Shown: positions 34,790-38,001 of the stretch, piece after piece
Layout: each line of letters opens with the position of its first letter
Position numbering within the stretch: position 1 is the first letter of the stretch
From: Chiloscyllium plagiosum
Taxonomy: Eukaryota
Assembly (NCBI RefSeq): GCF_004010195.1
Contig: NC_057759.1
Span: forward strand, 6,227,477-6,265,477
Reading direction: 5' to 3'
DNA length: 38,001 bases
Made by a program: the position numbers and the translations under genes
The notes under the pieces: generated by a model
What the model was told of the DNA's origin: nothing
What the model saw: only the letters and a program-made list of their open reading frames with translations
The model's database searches: none

Positions 34790-34964
34790 ATTTTTACAGA
34801 CTTCTATTAAGTCTGCCCTCAGCCTTTGCTGCTCAGAAGAAAACTGCTTGGGTTTTTCTAACTTCTCTTTATAGCTCATACCCTCTAGACAACATTCTGG
34901 CAAACCTCTTCTGCACCCTCTCTAAATTCTCCACGTCCTTCCTGTAATGTGCTGACCACAATTG

Positions 34965-35711
34965 AAAAATCACACAACACCAGATTACAGTCCAGCAGGT
35001 TCATTTGGAAGTACTATTTTTCAGAGCTCTGCTCCTTCATCAGGTAGCCATGAAACAGGAACATGAGACACAGAATCTTTCACAAAAGACTATAGTGTTA
35101 TGCAACTGAAATGATATTTAAAGAAACCTAGATTGCTGTTCAGTGTTTCATCTTTTAGAATGGGTTGCAGGTTTCAGTTCATTAATATATACATCCCAGT
35201 ACTTCTTTTAAGTCACATTCCAAAGATAACTTCAGACTTTATTTAAAAGAGGGTGACATCTCAACTCAGTGGAATAAAGGTGTAAGGTTAGAGTCTGTCT
35301 GTATCCCACTCTTGAGTCAGACTGGTTCTCTTGCCAAAGTAGGAAGATATAAAGTATTACATGGATTGACTGCCTGCAGGTTGTGTTCTCTTTTGAGCAA
35401 AATAGAATGCATCTGCAAATATAATCCTGCAAATGCACATTCACCCCAGAGACTTGCATGTGTGTGTGAGAGAGAGAAAGCATTTGAGTGTGAGTACACA
35501 TGCAAATGTGTGTGTGTATGCTTGGTAAAGTGTGTACGAGTGCAATAGAGTATAAGCCTGTGAGAGGATGTGTGCATGGATGGGAGTGTGGGGGGTTGTT
35601 TTGTATGTGTGTATGAGGGAAAGTGTGTGGATGAGAGAGGGTCTGCATGAGTGTGTGGTATGACAGGAACCCAAGGTCCCGATTGAGGTTGTCCTCACAG
35701 GTTCTGAACTA
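34965..35711 (-). mobile_element. PLE family B 3' end (ORF C-terminus, CA-rich UTR, hammerhead-bearing pLTR)
   Basis: Minus strand FRTCEDNLNRDLGFLSYH resembles the PLE GLNRD C-terminus. CTGATGA-A-GGAGC(AGA)GCTCT-GAAA lies at 35017-35043. Confidence 0.85.
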
Positions 35712-38001
35712 TAAAGGATACTTTAAACGTTAAAATCGAGGTGAACAAATAGACGATGCTGTTAGTTTGAACAGCCAAATGTGAGGTAGATAGTGAGCAC
35801 ATTGAAGGATACATTTCAGCTATCAGTAACTGAGAATGACAATTAATCTTTTGTCACTTACATAGACACAGCAATCAAATAATATGAATTCCAAATGCAC
35901 ACTGTGTCAAGGCCTTCCACAGAGTGATTAATGTGTAGCTACGTAACTGAATGTTTCCCCCATGCCCCATCTCTGTCTCACTCACACACACACACGCACT
36001 CTCTGACTTATGAGTTTCAAAAACATACACCATCCTGGCACACATTACAATGTCTAACAGCCATGCAGTTCCATTGATATTGCAAGTAACACAAAATGTT
36101 AGGATCAAAATGATTTCTACCCACAGATCCTTTGTCAGAGAGACCTATAGCACAGAGTCAGGCCATTTGAAACATTTGAGTTTGCACTGATCAGAAACAA
36201 TCAGCTAACAATTTTCATCCTGATCAGCCAGCATCCAATTGCATAAATGGATCATGGTAGCAGAGGAGCTTACCATCCCCATGTTTATCACAACATAATT
36301 CTGCATTTCTTCATATTGCAGTAGAAGATTGTTTTGTCTGTTTCAATCCAACCAGAAACTTTTTTTTAGATATTTATGTGCTTCATTCAAAATTGTTGCA
36401 ATTTTCTACAAAGAGCTCTGCACTCCTCCTCCTCTTCCCTTGGATGCATCACAAAAAAAGTGTGAAATCTGGCTGCAATTTTCATAATGTATCTGTGGAA
36501 TCTAATAACCATTCTTCAAAGCAGTGGAGAATAGGGACAAAAAAGCCAAAATTGTTAGGTTTGTAGAATTGCACATTTTATCTTCATGCAAAGTTCAACA
36601 CTGCTTTTGTTCAATAAATAAATTGTCACTGCATGACAAAAAATAAAAGTCATTTTCCTTTCCTCCTCCCTACCTCTAGAGCAACGCAAAAGTACTGCTA
36701 ATGGTGCATCATCACACTCCAGAGCAGGGGAATGTTCTGTCGACATCAGAAATAAGAAGTGAATTAGCCAATTGTCTTTTCTGTACAAGGAACATTGTGG
36801 TCAGTCAGCTACAATGCAGCTGAATTGTTCACCACCGTTTCTCTTAGTTGCAAATGGATTCAGTTTACATTGATTGTTACTTCAGCAGTGTTCAGAAAAG
36901 TACATCTCTATGCACTGAAACAAAAATTGATGGCATTCTGAAGACCAACATTTTATATCATTACTCTCTGTTAGAGTCCGCACTATCCAAGATACAAAAG
37001 GTCCATTGTGTTTCCTATCTTGACTCGGAGGAGCAGTACAGAATCCTTTCTGTTGTAGTGTGTTACGTTTTCGCTTGCACATGATTCCTACAGGCACTAA
37101 CAATTAAAGAACTTCAGCTGTTTCCTATCCACTACAGGAGATGTGCTGTCAGTCTGTATCTCAGTTCAAGAGTAAACTCACTCACTCTCAGCCACTGGAT
37201 GCTGAATGGAAAATAATACAATTTGGCCTCAATTATTTCCAGATATGAATTGACACTCAACATCACTTATCACAGCTGAGGATATGCAGCACCTGATAAA
37301 GTTTACTATACGTGCACATACATGCACTGTAAAAATAAATTGAGACTGAAATGCAATAAAATTAAGCATCATTGAAAAAAGTTTATTTACAGAGTATATG
37401 CTACACTCAGACAAAAAAAAACACAACTGAATATAGGTGAATGAGATCCAGTAAATCTCCAATGACCCCTCTCCACAGCTTGAGGATCCTTCCTAAAATA
37501 AAGTGCCCAGAACTGAACACAAATGTGATCTGACCAATGTTGTGTGATTGAGATTATGGAAAACCTATCAAAACTAGCACTATAGTTATTAAAAGTTAGA
37601 TGTCTGCAGAATTGATGTCAAATTGTCCTTTCCATATAGACACTGACAATGAGTGGATGAAGTTCTCATTCCCAACAATTACTGCAGAATTGATGCATAA
37701 GAGAATGTCCCAGTACAGATACAATGAGCTGAATGGTCTGCTTCTGAGCTGTGCCATATCAGCGATTCTAATTTTGGTGAGAAAGGAGATGACATGCTGT
37801 TGTGTTGCATATTGGTATTAAAAATATCATACAAAAATGGACTGGCATGCAGAACAAAACTCATTTTCACAAACAAAAACACCAATAATGTCTGGGTACA
37901 AAAATTCAAACTAAATGTCTCAGTGATATCACAGATCCCAGACTCTCTCCCCAAACAAGAAATGTGTGACCATAATTCAGAATGGTTCTCAGAATAAAGC
38001 A

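Larger units (their letters stand above)
33580..34960 (-). mobile_element. CR1 3' fragment (33580-33935 and 34790-34960) hosting a PLE and a SINE
   Basis: Tail motif ACAGCACAGGAAC.GG.CCTTCAGCCCAC and CTCTTCTGCACCCTCTCT (ERVQKR on the minus strand). Confidence 0.75.

Noticed and set aside
35712..38001. Short ORFs in the AT-rich right end
   Set aside because: They have no domain similarity and mostly non-ATG starts; only small CR1-like fragments and CA repeats are evident.

Overview
This is vertebrate genomic DNA, most likely from a cartilaginous fish (shark/ray). That assignment is inferred from HE1/V-SINEs, abundant CR1 LINEs and Penelope-like elements (PLEs). The window holds a decaying replication-dependent histone cluster: intact H1 (6939-7640, +) and intact H4 (25796-26107, -), each with a 3' stem-loop and HDE; an H3.2 copy that has lost its first ~10 codons at a tandem PLE insertion; and a CCAAT-rich promoter followed by a ~10-codon H2A-like stub. 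The cluster is bracketed by inverted paralogous modules (1-1187 versus ~26338-27505, with a third partial copy at ~33030-33580). These modules look like the promoter and 5' exons of an unidentified spliced gene family. The rest is mostly mobile DNA: two long decayed CR1 LINEs, a decayed Tx1-clade non-LTR element, a Gypsy LTR remnant, two HE1 SINEs, a ~48-bp degenerate satellite, and about a dozen PLE fragments or pLTR insertions. Many of the PLE insertions carry minimal hammerhead-ribozyme motifs and are inserted as fold-back (inverted) structures with 13-16 bp target duplications. The most unusual structure is at 19022-19392: two inverted hammerhead-bearing PLE ends enclose a ~148-bp copy of DNA from ~740 bp upstream, all inside a 15-bp TSD. 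All calls were made by eye, with no database searches.
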